This document shows, in pieces, positions 62,111-64,000 of a stretch of DNA of 64,000 nucleotides (positions are counted from its first letter, which is position 1; each line of letters opens with the position of its first letter). Below the pieces are notes generated by a model that searched no databases, was not told where the DNA came from, and saw only the letters and a program-made list of their open reading frames with translations. Source of the DNA: the human T2T-CHM13v2.0 reference genome, Homo sapiens; NCBI RefSeq assembly GCF_009914755.1, contig NC_060936.1; one strand, given 5' to 3'. The position numbers and the translations under genes were made by a program.

Positions 62111-62162
<52 letters not shown>
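62106..62162. repeat. A14 followed by a (TA)n microsatellite
   Basis: Direct reading; about 21 TA units. Confidence 0.95.
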
Positions 62163-62167
<5 letters not shown>

Positions 62168-62509
62168 GAGACAGGGTCTTGCTACATTGCCCATGCTGGT
62201 CTCAAATTTCTGGCCTCAAGTAATTACCTCTTTTTATTTTTATTTATTTATTTTTGAGACAAAATCTCACTCTGCCGCCCACCTGGAGTGCAGTGGCACG
62301 ATCTTGGCTCACTGCAACCTCTGCCTCCTGGGTTCAAGCAATCCACCTGTCTCAGTCTCCCAAAGTGTTGAGATTACAGGCATGAGCCACCATGCCTGTC
62401 CAGGTGATTACCTCTTAAACCTGTGCTTTCAATTTATATTCTCTTCAAGAGCAACCATTATCTCTTAATCTACTGACAACTGGGGAGAAAAGAGAATGCA
62501 TAATCATAC

Positions 62510-62627
62510 CCAGAAACCACCCACGGTTCTGCATGCTGATCAGAGATATTGAAAAGGCGGCATCCAAGGTTCTCAACATCCTCTAGCCGCCCTTCTCGTG
62601 CCAGTAGGTAGCCATATACATCCATTC
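62510..62627 (-). CDS. ANAPC7: APC7 exon (MDVYGYLLAREGRLEDVENLGCRLFNISDQHAEPWVVSG)
   Basis: tctag| ... |gtatga, 118 nt; the gene continues beyond the window. Confidence 0.95.
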
Positions 62628-62917
62628 CTAGAAGAGAAGGACATAGTGAGAAGAGGTGTTTTAAGAAGAGAAGCAGGGGTCCCACATACAGGAGTAGCAC
62701 CCAACATCAGACCCCATGCTGAGGCCCCAGCTCCTGCAGGGGCTAAGCCCTTTCCACCATCACAGGCTCCTCCAACTACTATTTCCAGTTTCCTACAAAG
62801 TGACTATTAAAATGCAAAACCCAGGTTGGGCACAGTGGCTCACACCTGTAATTCCAGCACTTTAAGAAGCCGAGGCAGGTGGATCACGAGGTCAGGAGAT
62901 CGAGACCATCCTGGCTA

Positions 62918-63139
<222 letters not shown>

Positions 63140-63467
63140 TCACACCTGTAATCCTGGCACTCTGGGTGGCAGAGGCAGGAGGATCACCTGGGCCCAGGAG
63201 TTCAAGACCAGCCTGGGCAATATGGTGAGACCCTGTCTCTAAAGAAATTTTAAAATATCAGCCAAGTGGCCAGGTGCAGTGGTTCATGCCTGTAAACCCA
63301 GCACTTTGGGAGGCCAAGGAGGGCAGATCACGAGGTCAGGAGTTCGAGACTAGGCTAACAGGTGAAACCCCATCTCTACTAAAAATACAAAAATTAGCTG
63401 GGCATGGTGGCGTGTGCCTGTAATCCCAGCTACTCAGGAGGCTGAGGCAGGAGAATCGCTTGAATCA

Positions 63468-63647
<180 letters not shown>

Positions 63648-63666
63648 TCACGAGGTCAGGAGTTCA

Positions 63667-63954
<288 letters not shown>

Positions 63955-64000
63955 TCAGGGGGCTAAGGCAGGAGGATTGCTTGAGCCCAGGAGGTCAAGG

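Overview
Human (primate) genomic DNA, recognised from the encoded proteins as the ATP2A2-ANAPC7 locus (from recall, 12q24.11). The + strand carries ATP2A2 (SERCA2 Ca2+-ATPase) from exon 6 to the end of the gene. This includes the alternative 3' region that produces the SERCA2a (AILE), 2b (49-aa tail), 2c (VLSSEL) and intron-19-retaining 2d C-termini, and a non-canonical GC-AG intron 12. The - strand carries the last five coding exons of ANAPC7, converging tail-to-tail across about 22 kb of very Alu-dense spacer. Other elements are a decayed LRRC59 processed pseudogene nested in ATP2A2 intron 11, a full-length 7SL pseudogene, MER2 and MER5-type DNA transposons, old L1/L2/MIR fragments and dozens of Alus. 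Exon numbers are from recall of the reference gene models; boundaries were read from the sequence and checked for frame continuity. I found no convincing previously undescribed biological system. The most unusual items are the nested retrocopy, a 46-bp templated insertion inside an Alu, a candidate poison exon, and the dense splice/poly(A) control region of SERCA2. Most ORFs in the supplied track are Alu or antisense artefacts.
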